64,000 bases of DNA from Candidatus Omnitrophota bacterium (GTDB lineage Bacteria; Omnitrophota; Gorgyraeia; Gygaellales; Profunditerraquicolaceae): the NCBI GenBank assembly GCA_041650835.1, contig JBAZKL010000004.1:294900-358899 (forward strand). The letters are read 5' to 3'. The stretch's first letter is position 1, and each line of letters begins with the position of its first letter. A program made the position numbers and the translations under genes. The notes beneath the pieces are model-generated. The model was not told the DNA's origin. It made no database searches and worked only from the letters and a program-made list of their open reading frames with translations. Of this stretch, positions 1-10,269 are shown piece by piece.

Positions 1-390
1 CCCTTCACCGATAACAACATAATCAACGGGAAAATTATTCAGGAGAAACGCGAATTTATCCGTAGCAAAGGGCCCGCCGATAATAACGCACGTATCAGGG
101 GTATCATGCTTCAGCATTTTGATCAACTCATAGACCGGGCCGCGCGTGCAGCTTTGAATAGTGATGCCGACATAGCGGGGTTTAGACCTCAATATCCGCT
201 TAAAGCTTTTAAGCATTACCTCCATCGGCTCCAGGTCGAAATCATAGACACTGACGGGGATATGATTTTCGAGCAAAGAGGCGGCGATCAAACTGATCCC
301 ATACGCGGGGCCGAAGTAATTGGGCGCGGGATCCGGGTTCGTCGGATTTACGAGGACTATTTCATGTTTAGAAAATTTACGCAGGTTCAT
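1..390 (-). CDS. B12-binding domain radical SAM protein, N-terminal part. The CDS continues past the left edge; its start codon is at 390-388.
   Basis: Reverse translation of 1-390 gives MNLRKFSKHEIVLVNPTNPDPAPNYFGPAYGISLIAASL...CVIIGGPFAT...VDYVVIGEG. This is the typical cobalamin-binding N-terminal domain of class B radical SAM enzymes. The frame is still open at position 1. Confidence 0.6.
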   Translation of the reverse strand, partial: MNLRKFSKHEIVLVNPTNPDPAPNYFGPAYGISLIAASLLENHIPVSVYDFDLEPMEVMLKSFKRILRSKPRYVGITIQSCTRGPVYELIKMLKHDTPDTCVIIGGPFATDKFAFLLNNFPVDYVVIGEG

Positions 391-417
391 CGTATCTTAT
401 GTTTAAGCAGAGCATTC

Positions 418-3400
418 TCATCCCTCAAAAAAACACGCTTTACAGCTCACGTTCAAGTGCCGGCAGTCCCGGCAAAACTCCCTGCCGGGAACAGTCTTTC
501 CTCTTACCTTACAATCGATCTTTAAACAGGCATCGCAATCACGCGGCACATAATAATTATACCAAGACTCGGCAAAATCAAGCAAACATTTCGGTATAGG
601 CTTATAGACTAAGAACACGCCGCACCGGCGCCGTAAAGACAAATAACGCCTTATCTGCTTGAGCGCCGCAAGGCCGATCTCCTCCCGGGAGATCTTAAGG
701 TCGACCACTTCAAACTCGCGCGGCCACTGATTCCTCATCTGCCTGTCCAGCATGTCCGCGCGCAGGTCCTTGAGGCGGACCTTCCTGACATACGGCGCCA
801 ACGCCGATTTAAATTCTTTCAGCAGGAATTTAGATTTCGACTCAAAAAAAGAGCTGGTATAATTATACGTAAAAACCTTTTCCAGAAAATCAACGCTTAA
901 CTGGGGGTTTGCGCACGGCCAAACAGAAGGATGCAGCTCGCTCAAACTCCGGGAAGAAAAATCAGACGCGTATTTCCTGTATACCCCGGTATTCGGGATA
1001 GGAGTAAAAGCGTTAAACTTAACCGCTACCGCGCATTTCCACAGCTCGATAACGGTATTGATTATATCCTGCCGGCTTTGGCCCGGCAGGCCGATCAAAA
1101 CAAATGCCGCCAGTTGGTTCTCGCGCAAACACATGCGCCTGCCCCATTTTTCTTCATTGGCCGAATTCGCCCCTCTTAACGAGGGGTCATACCAACCGAT
1201 GCTCTTTAAGTTTGAAACCGCGGTATAGAAGCCGTTATTCCCCCTGGGGCGCAGGTATATTTTAGGGAACCAGCGGGCGGCAACCTCAAAAGCAAGGCAG
1301 ACTTGTTTCACGCGCGCGCGCAACATTTTCTTGGCGACGCCTTCAGTAATAAAATCGGGCTGCAGCCCCTCGGGAAATTCGATATCCATATCGCGTTTTA
1401 AGCCGATGATCTTCTCAAGGAAAGTCTCAAAATAGGTGTTGTTGAATCCGAAAACGTTCGATTCCCAAAAGATAAATTCCCGGATACCATGGTGCTCATA
1501 CTTATCCCTGATCTCATCCATAACCAGCTCAAGTGAACGAAAATGCGTCCTTTTCCCTTCGATGAACGGGACCGCGCAGTACGTGCACGAATTAACGCAA
1601 CCGCGGCTGAATTTGATCACCGCCTTTTTCCGGGGAGCACCGGGAAGTAATTTAAAGTCAGCCGGATAATGGTCCGCATGATAAAAAACCCCTTGAAACA
1701 CTTCAACGCCCAGTTTCCTGACCAGGGGAGCGCATAAAGACGCTAAGATCCCCCCGACACAGACAATCGCTCGGGGGAATTTTTTCTTGACCGCGGAGAC
1801 GATCTCTCGGACAAAATCATATTCATAGGTGAACTGCGACGTAATAAAGACCTCATCGGGCTCCCCCTCGGCCTCAAGGCGGCTTGAAAACTCCTCCGCC
1901 AGGATACCCCGGCGATACAGTTTTTTCCTCTTTTTCTCCCGCGCGAAATTACCGCAACGCACCGATTTAAAAAAATGGCTCCCCTGGGAACTATCGTCAA
2001 AACAGCCCCCCAGGCAATCGATAAGGCTCACCCGATGACCGCAGTCCCTTAAGAACCCCCCGATCTTAAGTAAACCGGCGGGTTCTTCAGAATAAAGATC
2101 GATCATCCCTTCTCCCTGCATCGTCGCAGGCCTGATCAAGAGATATTTCTTATTCTTGGAAGAGGCGATCCTTTTGGTGATCTCATAATTATCCTGCTTC
2201 TCAGAGAATTTTCCCGCGTAGTCAGCGCTTAAAGAGAAAAACGCCTCGTAAGACATTTCCCCTTCAGACGAATACGGCAGGGAAAACGAGCGGGTATCAT
2301 GAACGGTTGACTTCGGAAGCTTCACCTTAAAATCTTTATTCCGGGAATAAATCACGGTATTCCTGCCGCAGGCGAAATACTGCGGGATAATCCCGGATAT
2401 TTTCTCCCGCCGGGACAATACATATTCCCATGTCTCAATATATTCCTTCTTTTCCCGGAAGGGATAACTCATGATAAACAGGTCGATGCGTACACCCGCG
2501 GTGAGGGCGCAGTCAAGAATACGGTCCAACACGCAAAGATCGATGCCTTTACGCAGCGTATTCAGGAATTCCCGGTTTGAAGTCTCAAGCCCGACCGCTA
2601 GACAAGCGGCGCCCGAACGCTTCAACAACAAAAACTCATCATCCGTGATCGGGTAATCGGCGCGGACCATACAATCCCACTGGAGGTTCATTTTGCGTTT
2701 AACCAGCTGCTCCGCGACTTTCAAGAGAAGCGGCACCGGAGTAGAGGAATCGGCAAACGTAAAAGCCTTCAGCGAATACCGTTTTTTGAGGCTCTCGATC
2801 TCATCCATGATCTTTGCTACAGACTTACGGCGCAGGACCGTCTTGTCATTGATATGATGGCAAAACCCGCACTTCCCCCAATAACAGCCCTTGGCGGTCA
2901 TTACCGGCAACACGTAAGGAACATCGCGCTGAGATACAAAATGGTCAAAATCAGCCGGCGGCAGCGCATTGAGGTCAACGACCTGGGCATCTCCGGTATC
3001 TACAAGTTCCCTGCCTGAAAGAAAAGCCAACCCCTTGACCGCTTTTAGGTCTTGAAGCCGCGCGCCTTTTTTTAATGCCTCGATCAAACGCAACAACGGG
3101 AGTTCCCCTTCTCCGGTTACGGCGAAATCGACAAAATCAAAGATCTGCTTAAAACCAGACAGCTGGAGCCGGGAACAGATACACCATGGCCCGCCTATGA
3201 CAATGCGGACAGCGGGAAAACGCTCCTTTATTCTTCTGGAAAAATAAAGCACGCTGCCTAACTGTAACGGCGTTAAGACCGAAAATCCAACGACCGGCGC
3301 CTTCTGAACCAAAGCAAAAACATGGTCTCGCAGGAACAGCTCGAACAAAGGATCATTGCGCTCAACAAGCGCGGCCATATTCCTTATATTATATTCGGCG

Positions 3401-3771
3401 TCGGTGATACTGACTAATTCTCCCAAAAGCCGCATATTTTCTTCTTGGATAAAATTATAGGTATTCAGAAAGCAGCGTTTGAGATCAAGTTGAATAAAAG
3501 CTTCTTTATCAACCGACCGGAATAATGGATGGCCGCTCAAGGAAGGGATACGAGAACTGATGCGCTCCGAGAAAAGCTTTTTGTAACGAGGGATGAATTC
3601 ATGCGTAAAAACGGCATTCAGGTCAAAGGCCTCCGCTAAAACTCCCTGCTGCTTCAAGAATCCGCTTAGCTGAGGAAGGCCGAGCTCCGGGATCATAAAC
3701 TGAAAACCTGGAGGAGGAAACAATAAAAGGCAATCAAGCGAATGCGATAAATCAATTCTTTTCACCGGCAT
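418..3771 (-). CDS. Tandem double B12-binding radical SAM protein (two fused class-B radical SAM modules with a Cys-rich C-terminal tail)
   Basis: 1117-aa ORF. It has two separate radical SAM cysteine triads: CYWGKCGFCHH in the N-terminal half and CVNSCTYCAV in the C-terminal half. Each is preceded by a B12-binding-like GG-rich segment (RIVIGGPW..VTGEGE and IVCVGGILAS). The C-terminus carries an 8-Cys cluster, CDACLKIDCKV...CRDCRHLNVSCKAC. It starts 16 nt downstream of the addB-like stop. Confidence 0.75.
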   Translation of the reverse strand: MPVKRIDLSHSLDCLLLFPPPGFQFMIPELGLPQLSGFLKQQGVLAEAFDLNAVFTHEFIPRYKKLFSERISSRIPSLSGHPLFRSVDKEAFIQLDLKRCFLNTYNFIQEENMRLLGELVSITDAEYNIRNMAALVERNDPLFELFLRDHVFALVQKAPVVGFSVLTPLQLGSVLYFSRRIKERFPAVRIVIGGPWCICSRLQLSGFKQIFDFVDFAVTGEGELPLLRLIEALKKGARLQDLKAVKGLAFLSGRELVDTGDAQVVDLNALPPADFDHFVSQRDVPYVLPVMTAKGCYWGKCGFCHHINDKTVLRRKSVAKIMDEIESLKKRYSLKAFTFADSSTPVPLLLKVAEQLVKRKMNLQWDCMVRADYPITDDEFLLLKRSGAACLAVGLETSNREFLNTLRKGIDLCVLDRILDCALTAGVRIDLFIMSYPFREKKEYIETWEYVLSRREKISGIIPQYFACGRNTVIYSRNKDFKVKLPKSTVHDTRSFSLPYSSEGEMSYEAFFSLSADYAGKFSEKQDNYEITKRIASSKNKKYLLIRPATMQGEGMIDLYSEEPAGLLKIGGFLRDCGHRVSLIDCLGGCFDDSSQGSHFFKSVRCGNFAREKKRKKLYRRGILAEEFSSRLEAEGEPDEVFITSQFTYEYDFVREIVSAVKKKFPRAIVCVGGILASLCAPLVRKLGVEVFQGVFYHADHYPADFKLLPGAPRKKAVIKFSRGCVNSCTYCAVPFIEGKRTHFRSLELVMDEIRDKYEHHGIREFIFWESNVFGFNNTYFETFLEKIIGLKRDMDIEFPEGLQPDFITEGVAKKMLRARVKQVCLAFEVAARWFPKIYLRPRGNNGFYTAVSNLKSIGWYDPSLRGANSANEEKWGRRMCLRENQLAAFVLIGLPGQSRQDIINTVIELWKCAVAVKFNAFTPIPNTGVYRKYASDFSSRSLSELHPSVWPCANPQLSVDFLEKVFTYNYTSSFFESKSKFLLKEFKSALAPYVRKVRLKDLRADMLDRQMRNQWPREFEVVDLKISREEIGLAALKQIRRYLSLRRRCGVFLVYKPIPKCLLDFAESWYNYYVPRDCDACLKIDCKVRGKTVPGREFCRDCRHLNVSCKACFFEG

Positions 3772-3786
3772 TGTTCCTTTCTTCGA

Positions 3787-6633
3787 CTACCTGCAAAGAT
3801 ACACAAACGGGCAATACTCACAGTAGCGCCTGTCTTCTTCATCCGCCTTAAATGCGACCGCGGGATCAAAGATTTCCCCGATAATAAAATCCAGCGCCGA
3901 AAGATAAGCCTCCATTATTTTATTTTTAGACAAAAGCTGCGCTTCGTTCTTAAAAAGCATGCGTAATCCATGATCTTTTCCCAGTTCTTTGATCAAATAC
4001 AAACAGGCGTTGGTCGATCCTCTTTTATATTCCTTGTTCTCTTCAACCAGGAACAGGTATAACGGCAGTTGTATTGATTTCAGGGTATGCTTGATAACCA
4101 GCCTGCTCCAAACCGCCTGTCGGGCCTTGTGCTCATCCAAAGAAGGCAGGATATCGGCGCTGCCGGTCTTATAATCAAGAACGAGTATATTGCCGTCTGC
4201 GGTAACGTCGATCCGGTCGATAACCGCCTGGAATTTGATCCGGCCCGGGGAAAGCGGGATTGACGACTTAAAAGTACTTTCCAACCCGATGACCCGCTGG
4301 ACGTTACGTTGCTTTTCGTTCTCCAGGAAGCGTCCAAGCCGGAAGGTAAGGATCTCCTTGATCAAGAAGGCGTCCGACTTCATTTTTCTCTCAAATTCCT
4401 GCGAAAACTTCCTCTCGAATACCTGAAAGAATTCTCTGGTAAAAGCATCATCGATACGCGGTTTATTGCCGATGAAACGCCTGAATGTTTCATGCAGCAG
4501 CTCATGGATAAAGGTGCCGATATCCGCTCCCTCAGGCTCTTCCAATAGGTCTTCTTTCTCCTTGAGCCCTAAAACATACTGATAATAGAAGCGTAACGGA
4601 CAATGAATATAGGTATTGACGCTCGAAGCCGAATATTCGCGAGCGCGCAGGAAATCAATGACCTGCGGTTTTTTCGCGATCAAAAGTGCTTTCGGTAAAA
4701 CATTGACCTTAAAAGAAGCTTGCGGCACAGGCAAAGCGCCGATAGTGCCGGCTTCTTTCTGGCGCTCCCAGATCAATTCTTCGATAAACCTGCTTTTTTC
4801 TTTGTCCGCTCCCTGTTGATAGATCAAATAAATGTTTTTTGCCGAAGCCAAGAGCCGCTTAAACTGGTAGCGCTGGATCTCTTCCTCTTTCTCAAGCCTG
4901 TTTAACCCCAGGTTGACCATGACCTCCCGGGGGATAAGCGGCTCATAGATCTGCAGGTTCGGCAGCATCGATTCATTGACATCCATGATAATAACATTCT
5001 CGAAATTTAAAGACCGGGTCTCAAAAAGCCCGAGGATCTGTAAACCTTTCAGAGGAGAGCCGGAAAACGATATCTTCTCCGAATCCAGTTTATCCTTAAC
5101 GATCTTAAAGATATCATTCCGGGAGAATTGCTCCTTCCCAAACGCCGCGTTCGAGAACTCTTCCTGCACCTGAAACATTTTCTCCGCCATTTTCAGGTTC
5201 AGCGGGTAATTGTGCATCGGGCTTTTATTGATAAGGCACTCCAGGAACCGCGCTAAGGCGGAGGCAAAACCCTGAAAATCACTTATCCCTTCCCAGCGGG
5301 AGAACAAAAGCCCGTGCAGCAGTATCACTGCCGATTTCAAGCCGTCATAACCTGCCTCGATGCCCATACTCTTCATCGTCGACAGGGCAAGCTCATACAA
5401 CTCCCGCGAATCCTCCAGCTCCTGAAGGCCGATAAAAAGGCTTCCCCCCAAAGAAGTTTTTTCGATCCCCAGCAGTATTTCTTCGATCTTATGCACCAAA
5501 ACACGGGCCAAGCCCGGATGCTCCAGGATGAGGATATTCTTAACTAACGGATGGCTTAAAGCGTTTAAGTAATCCTTAGCATAATACTTATCGGCCTTCC
5601 TGGTCTCCTGCGCCTTGGCGATACAATCAAAAAGCGAATACAGAGCGCTGCGGTTGAGCGGATACCCCATTGAAATGTTAAAATCGCCGACGCAAGAAGA
5701 AATTTCGGAAAGCAGCGGGATCACATGCTCAACAGCGGGAAGAACGATCACCGTCTTATCCAGGTCATCGATCTCACGCACCGCTTCTCGCACCAGGCTC
5801 GCCTGAGAATGCACATCAAAACCGGACTGAATAGAAAGTTTACCGGTAAAAACCTCTTTCCCGCGCGGCTGTATGGAACACGAAAAATCCTGCGCGGTTT
5901 TTTTGAGGACGCTCCAGTCGGTTTCATCCCCCTGGAATAAAAGAGTGGCGAGGCGAGACTCCCACAGGTGCTTAATGACACGCTCTTCCGTCTTATGCAT
6001 GTAAAAAAACCCGGCAAATATTATCCGGTCAAATTCCGGAAAATCAGCTTCCCCTATACCGGCAGCTGCGGATAAATATACCATTCCCCGGGAATACAAA
6101 TTCCTCTCTCGCTGTCGGCAATGGTAGGCCTGGCGGATAGCAATGATGCTCGTTAATAGGAGATTAATGTTCTCAGGGACATCGTAGCCGATAGAAGCTT
6201 TGTACTGGATATTCTCCAAAGGTTTGAGCGCGATATCCTCCAGGTCAAGCTGTTCGATAAACGCCCTGACTTCCCGCGCCCAGGGCAGGAACTTTGAAAA
6301 ACTTTCCCTGCCCTTGAGGATATCCCCGGCGATGCCCTGTGCCAGCGTATAGATCATATAACAATCATCCAGGTCGGAAAGAGAACCGAAAGTTGTCCTT
6401 TTGGAAAATGAATATTCCATGAATTCATCAATGGAAAAGAACCGCGGAGGGGCAAAGCCTTTCTTGATCCTGCGGGATAATTCGCGTTTCAAGAAAAGCG
6501 CCGGGCGCTTTCCCCCGAATACCACCGCGACCCTGCTTAAATCCCTGCCCGCGGCAATATACGTATCCTCGATAAAACAGGAAAGCTTCTCGATGAGATC
6601 TTCCGATAAATTATATGTAACGATCCGTTCCAT
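3787..6633 (-). CDS. addB: AddB/RexB-like PD-(D/E)XK nuclease subunit carrying an Fe-S cluster
   Basis: 948 aa. The C-terminal nuclease motif is ILVLDYKTG. Four Cys follow the AddB Fe-S pattern (YIHCPLRFYY ... RYCEYCPFVYLC). The N-terminal ATPase motifs are degenerate, as in inactivated-helicase B subunits. It is adjacent to and co-oriented with a UvrD-type helicase-nuclease. Confidence 0.7.
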   Translation of the reverse strand: MERIVTYNLSEDLIEKLSCFIEDTYIAAGRDLSRVAVVFGGKRPALFLKRELSRRIKKGFAPPRFFSIDEFMEYSFSKRTTFGSLSDLDDCYMIYTLAQGIAGDILKGRESFSKFLPWAREVRAFIEQLDLEDIALKPLENIQYKASIGYDVPENINLLLTSIIAIRQAYHCRQRERNLYSRGMVYLSAAAGIGEADFPEFDRIIFAGFFYMHKTEERVIKHLWESRLATLLFQGDETDWSVLKKTAQDFSCSIQPRGKEVFTGKLSIQSGFDVHSQASLVREAVREIDDLDKTVIVLPAVEHVIPLLSEISSCVGDFNISMGYPLNRSALYSLFDCIAKAQETRKADKYYAKDYLNALSHPLVKNILILEHPGLARVLVHKIEEILLGIEKTSLGGSLFIGLQELEDSRELYELALSTMKSMGIEAGYDGLKSAVILLHGLLFSRWEGISDFQGFASALARFLECLINKSPMHNYPLNLKMAEKMFQVQEEFSNAAFGKEQFSRNDIFKIVKDKLDSEKISFSGSPLKGLQILGLFETRSLNFENVIIMDVNESMLPNLQIYEPLIPREVMVNLGLNRLEKEEEIQRYQFKRLLASAKNIYLIYQQGADKEKSRFIEELIWERQKEAGTIGALPVPQASFKVNVLPKALLIAKKPQVIDFLRAREYSASSVNTYIHCPLRFYYQYVLGLKEKEDLLEEPEGADIGTFIHELLHETFRRFIGNKPRIDDAFTREFFQVFERKFSQEFERKMKSDAFLIKEILTFRLGRFLENEKQRNVQRVIGLESTFKSSIPLSPGRIKFQAVIDRIDVTADGNILVLDYKTGSADILPSLDEHKARQAVWSRLVIKHTLKSIQLPLYLFLVEENKEYKRGSTNACLYLIKELGKDHGLRMLFKNEAQLLSKNKIMEAYLSALDFIIGEIFDPAVAFKADEEDRRYCEYCPFVYLCR

Positions 6634-6647
6634 GGTCTTTTCCGGGT

Positions 6648-9600
6648 TTAAAGGAACTCTTGTGACTCTAAACTGTCTAAATAGATCAAAAGCCCTGTAA
6701 CCTTTAAATGCGGATAGATATCTTTGACAATAGAGATATATTCCGTCATTTGTTCATTGTATTCATCATGCGCCTCAGCTGAACTCTTATAATCGATGAT
6801 CCAGGCGTCTTGTGCTGTTACCACCAGGCGGTCAAGCCTCCTGGTTACGCCAAAACGGTCAACGATCTCTTTCTCCTGATACACCTGACCCTCCCGCACG
6901 TTAAAATAACGCTCATAGCGCTCATCCGCTAATAACGCTCCCACAACGCCGGAATAGGAAGCTACGTCGGTAAAAGCGGGAAAACGCTTCCTCGCTTTCA
7001 AGAGAGCGCCGTTCAGCAGCACCTGTTTTTCGGCGCCGGCGCAGTTGCCGATACAGGAAAGGATATAATGAAGCACTTCACCCCGGAAGATCTCGGCCCG
7101 GGAAGCGAGAGTATGCTCGTCAATGAACTCATCCTTTAAAAGATGGATCCAGTCTTTATATGCCGCAGGAAGGATCTCCCGCGCAGGCGGCAGCTGCGGC
7201 AGGGAAGATCCTCGCGTATCGCCGGCTGATCCATATTCGCGGTCGTTTTCCGGTAAAAGAAGGCCGGCAATATTCAAACCCGTTTCTCCTTGAGGAGAGA
7301 TAAAAATGTATAGCTCATCCTTCGGGCGGGTCGTGGCAACATAGATACTGTTAAGCTCGTCGATGAACGCCTTGACGTATTCATTGCGGTAGATACGGGC
7401 CAGCGACGGAGAAAAATCCGCGTACCGTTTCTTCAGATACAACAATTTCAGGCCCTCTGACGCCTCAACGATGACCTCTTGTTCTGCTTTTACGTTCATT
7501 TCAAGGAAAGGCAGGATAACTACGGGAAATTCCAACCCTTTCGATTTATGGATCGTCAGTATCTTTATTGAATCGGTATGGGCGACATTAACGTATAAAT
7601 CATCCAGAGGTGCTTGAGCAAAGAAATCCAGGAATACCTGGATACTCGGTTTCTTGTCTTCTGCCTCTTTGATCAATTCTAAGAAGCGCATAAAGAAGCC
7701 CTGATAATCCGGAAACTCCTCCAAAACGGCGAAGCCGCGGTAAATACTGACGACTAATTCATAGAGCGGGACAAACCCCACACTTTTAAAGAAATCTTCG
7801 AAAAGACGGTCCCAGGCCTCAGGGAAACGCCCTTTGAATTCCCGGTAGAGATACGAGCACCCGGATGAGCTCGTGTGCAGATTGAAAATGAAATCCTGGA
7901 TTTCTTCCGATGAGATCCCCGATGCCCGGGAAAAGATCTCTCCCAGTATAAACGAAGCAAACGATAAATTGTCAATGGGGGAATTCAGGAACATAAGAAA
8001 ACTGACCAACTCTTTGATATAGGCGTTAGCCTTGATATTAAGCGTTTTCTCCGATTCGACGGGGATATTCTCTTCCAGGAGCCAGGAGGTCAAAAGCTCG
8101 ACCTGTTCATTTTTTCTTACGATAAAAGCGATATCCCGCAGCGGGACCCCTCTGGCGGCTAACTTCCTGACAAGGCCGAGCAGCGCCGGCTTTAAAGATC
8201 CCTCGCGCTCTTGCTTAGACCTATATTCAATAAACTCCGTTTTTACAAAACCACCGGGTTTATTCTTGAGGGACTCCTGAAAGGACGACAGGAAGATACC
8301 GGTAATTTCTTCGGCGTCGTTATCGTCTAACGCTACAGCTCCTTTTTTCTCAACTGCCAACTCCTTCAGGAACCGCCTGAGGTTGTCTTGAGAAAAAAGC
8401 ATATTGTTAAAAGCAACGATCTCCCGGCGGCTGCGGTAATTAGTCGTCAGCGACTCTTCGATCAAATTAAAATCCCTCAGGCGTTCTTTCTGGGAATCGA
8501 TCAATGACACTTCCCCTCCCCGGAAACGGTAGATCGCCTGTTTTTTATCTCCCACATAAAACAGCGAGCCTCCGCAGGAGAGCGCCTCCTGGATCATGAT
8601 AAAAAGGTTTTCCCATTGCAGGCGGCTGGTATCCTGGAATTCATCAAGCAAATAATGTTTGAAGCGGGTAGCCAGGCGGTAGTAAAGTTCGGGCAGGCCG
8701 AGATTTTTCTCATCAAAAAGGCTGCGCGCCTCTTTATTCAGGGCTTCCAGGAACAATATATCGTCCTTACTGGAGGCTTGCTTTAAATCTTCGAGCACGC
8801 GCTTAAAAATAGCGACGTAATAATTAAGCATGAAAACGGATTCCAACTCACAGAGCCCGCTCAGGCTGTCCTTAAGCCTGCGCCAGAGCAGGCGCGGCTC
8901 ATCCGGGATATCATGCCCCTTATTAACAGGGAGCTCTTCGCGTTTAAAGAAATCAGAAACTTTTTCAATCGAAAAATGATCATCCCGGCGTTCCAAGAAT
9001 GCGCTCAAACTATTCTTAAACGAGGCATGCGTTCCCTCGGGCAGGCGCTCTAAGAGCTTACGCAACAGCTTGACGATCTCTTCTTTCTTGGAAAACACCT
9101 GCTCCGCGGTCGCGCTTGAAAGAAAGAAGCTTCCCGCGTAACGGTTACTCTTTGAAAATAACGCGGTAATGATCCCTAAAATATACTGTTTCGGGAACCA
9201 CCCCGCCTTGTTTTCTATATAAATATATTGGGTAAGGAAATTACTGAAAAGTTCAAGGACCTGCGCATCCGTTGAAGCGCGGTCGATCAACTTATCAAGG
9301 CTGAAGGCGAGATATTCACGGTAATCTTTTTCTGTCTTAAACCTCGCGGAAAGGTCAAGCTTGAAAGCGCACCCGCTGAGGATAGCGTTAATAAAGCTGT
9401 CAATGGTCTGGACCTGGAAGAAATTATAGTTTCGCAGCAGCGCATCCATGATCAAATGCGCTTTTTGGCGCGCGCTTGCCTCATCAATATGCAACGCGCC
9501 CAGTAATAAAGCTTTTTCTTGAGGATGAGTAAAGACATCCAACGCGATCCTTTTTAAAAGTTCCAGGATCCGCTCTTTCATTTCAAGAGCGGCCTTATTG

Positions 9601-9827
9601 GTAAAAGTGATCGCCAGGATAGAATGGAGCGGGACCTCAGCCGCAGAAGAGCCGGCATGCATGAGCAATTGGATGTAACGCCTTGCTAATGCATACGTTT
9701 TGCCTGAACCGGCAGAAGCTTCAACGATCAAAACTTGGGGGAACTGCGATAAACGCTGATCTTGATTATGCATGAGAATAAAAAGCGCCTTCCTGAAAGG
9801 AACCCGGATCTTCAGCCGGAGGAACAA
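6648..9827 (-). CDS. addA: AddA/RecB-like ATP-dependent helicase-nuclease (UvrD helicase core plus C-terminal PD-(D/E)XK nuclease)
   Basis: 1059 aa. Walker A is VEASAGSGKTYALARR and motif II is LLDEFQDTS. The C-terminal nuclease signature is WIIDYKSS. An internal Met at 9773 (MHNQDQRL...) is an alternative start. Confidence 0.75.
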   Translation of the reverse strand: MFLRLKIRVPFRKALFILMHNQDQRLSQFPQVLIVEASAGSGKTYALARRYIQLLMHAGSSAAEVPLHSILAITFTNKAALEMKERILELLKRIALDVFTHPQEKALLLGALHIDEASARQKAHLIMDALLRNYNFFQVQTIDSFINAILSGCAFKLDLSARFKTEKDYREYLAFSLDKLIDRASTDAQVLELFSNFLTQYIYIENKAGWFPKQYILGIITALFSKSNRYAGSFFLSSATAEQVFSKKEEIVKLLRKLLERLPEGTHASFKNSLSAFLERRDDHFSIEKVSDFFKREELPVNKGHDIPDEPRLLWRRLKDSLSGLCELESVFMLNYYVAIFKRVLEDLKQASSKDDILFLEALNKEARSLFDEKNLGLPELYYRLATRFKHYLLDEFQDTSRLQWENLFIMIQEALSCGGSLFYVGDKKQAIYRFRGGEVSLIDSQKERLRDFNLIEESLTTNYRSRREIVAFNNMLFSQDNLRRFLKELAVEKKGAVALDDNDAEEITGIFLSSFQESLKNKPGGFVKTEFIEYRSKQEREGSLKPALLGLVRKLAARGVPLRDIAFIVRKNEQVELLTSWLLEENIPVESEKTLNIKANAYIKELVSFLMFLNSPIDNLSFASFILGEIFSRASGISSEEIQDFIFNLHTSSSGCSYLYREFKGRFPEAWDRLFEDFFKSVGFVPLYELVVSIYRGFAVLEEFPDYQGFFMRFLELIKEAEDKKPSIQVFLDFFAQAPLDDLYVNVAHTDSIKILTIHKSKGLEFPVVILPFLEMNVKAEQEVIVEASEGLKLLYLKKRYADFSPSLARIYRNEYVKAFIDELNSIYVATTRPKDELYIFISPQGETGLNIAGLLLPENDREYGSAGDTRGSSLPQLPPAREILPAAYKDWIHLLKDEFIDEHTLASRAEIFRGEVLHYILSCIGNCAGAEKQVLLNGALLKARKRFPAFTDVASYSGVVGALLADERYERYFNVREGQVYQEKEIVDRFGVTRRLDRLVVTAQDAWIIDYKSSAEAHDEYNEQMTEYISIVKDIYPHLKVTGLLIYLDSLESQEFL

Positions 9828-9874
9828 AAAAACGGATGCCCTGGATCAAGCATGCGAATTCCACTTATTTTACC

Positions 9875-9902
9875 TTGACAAAGCCATGTTTTCAAGTATA
9901 CT
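9875..9902 (+). promoter_or_regulatory. Near-consensus sigma70-type promoter for rpmB (TTGACA, 16-nt spacer, TATACT)
   Basis: TTGACA at 9875-9880 and TATACT at 9897-9902, with 16-bp spacing. It lies about 55 nt upstream of the rpmB ATG. An SD sequence GAGGTGA sits at 9950-9956. Confidence 0.6.
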
Positions 9903-9961
9903 TTTACTTCTAAGGATAATTATATTTTAATAACAAATTCTTCTCAATGAGGTGATTTAAC

Positions 9962-10189
9962 ATGTTAAAAAAGTGCGCTATATGTGGAAAAGGCCCTCTT
10001 ACCGGCAAAAGCGTCGTGAGAAAAGGCGCTGCTAAGAAAAAAGGCGGAACCGGAAGTAAAATAGTCCGTAGTCATTTACGCAAATTCCTGCCTAACCTGC
10101 AGAAAATGCGCATAGTGATCGATAACCATCCGCAAAGAGCCAATGTCTGCACAAAATGCCTCAAAAAAGGCAATCTCAAGAAAGCCTAA
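9962..10189 (+). CDS. rpmB: 50S ribosomal protein L28
   Basis: 75 aa, MLKKCAICGKGPLTGKSV...PNLQKMRIVIDNHPQRANVCTKCLKKG. This is the classic L28 zinc-ribbon sequence. It is the only clear plus-strand gene in the window. Confidence 0.9.
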   Translation: MLKKCAICGKGPLTGKSVVRKGAAKKKGGTGSKIVRSHLRKFLPNLQKMRIVIDNHPQRANVCTKCLKKGNLKKA

Positions 10190-10269
10190 TTTAAAGCAAA
10201 TCCGGTAAACCAAGTCAAAATCCCTTTCTCTCCACCCCGCCTGTAGCGGGAGAGGGCAGAAAACAAAAA

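Noticed and set aside
106-525. 139-aa plus-strand ORF at the left edge
   Set aside because: It overlaps the minus-strand B12-radical-SAM N-terminal coding region (1-390), whose translation gives clear family motifs. The plus-strand product has no recognisable features.
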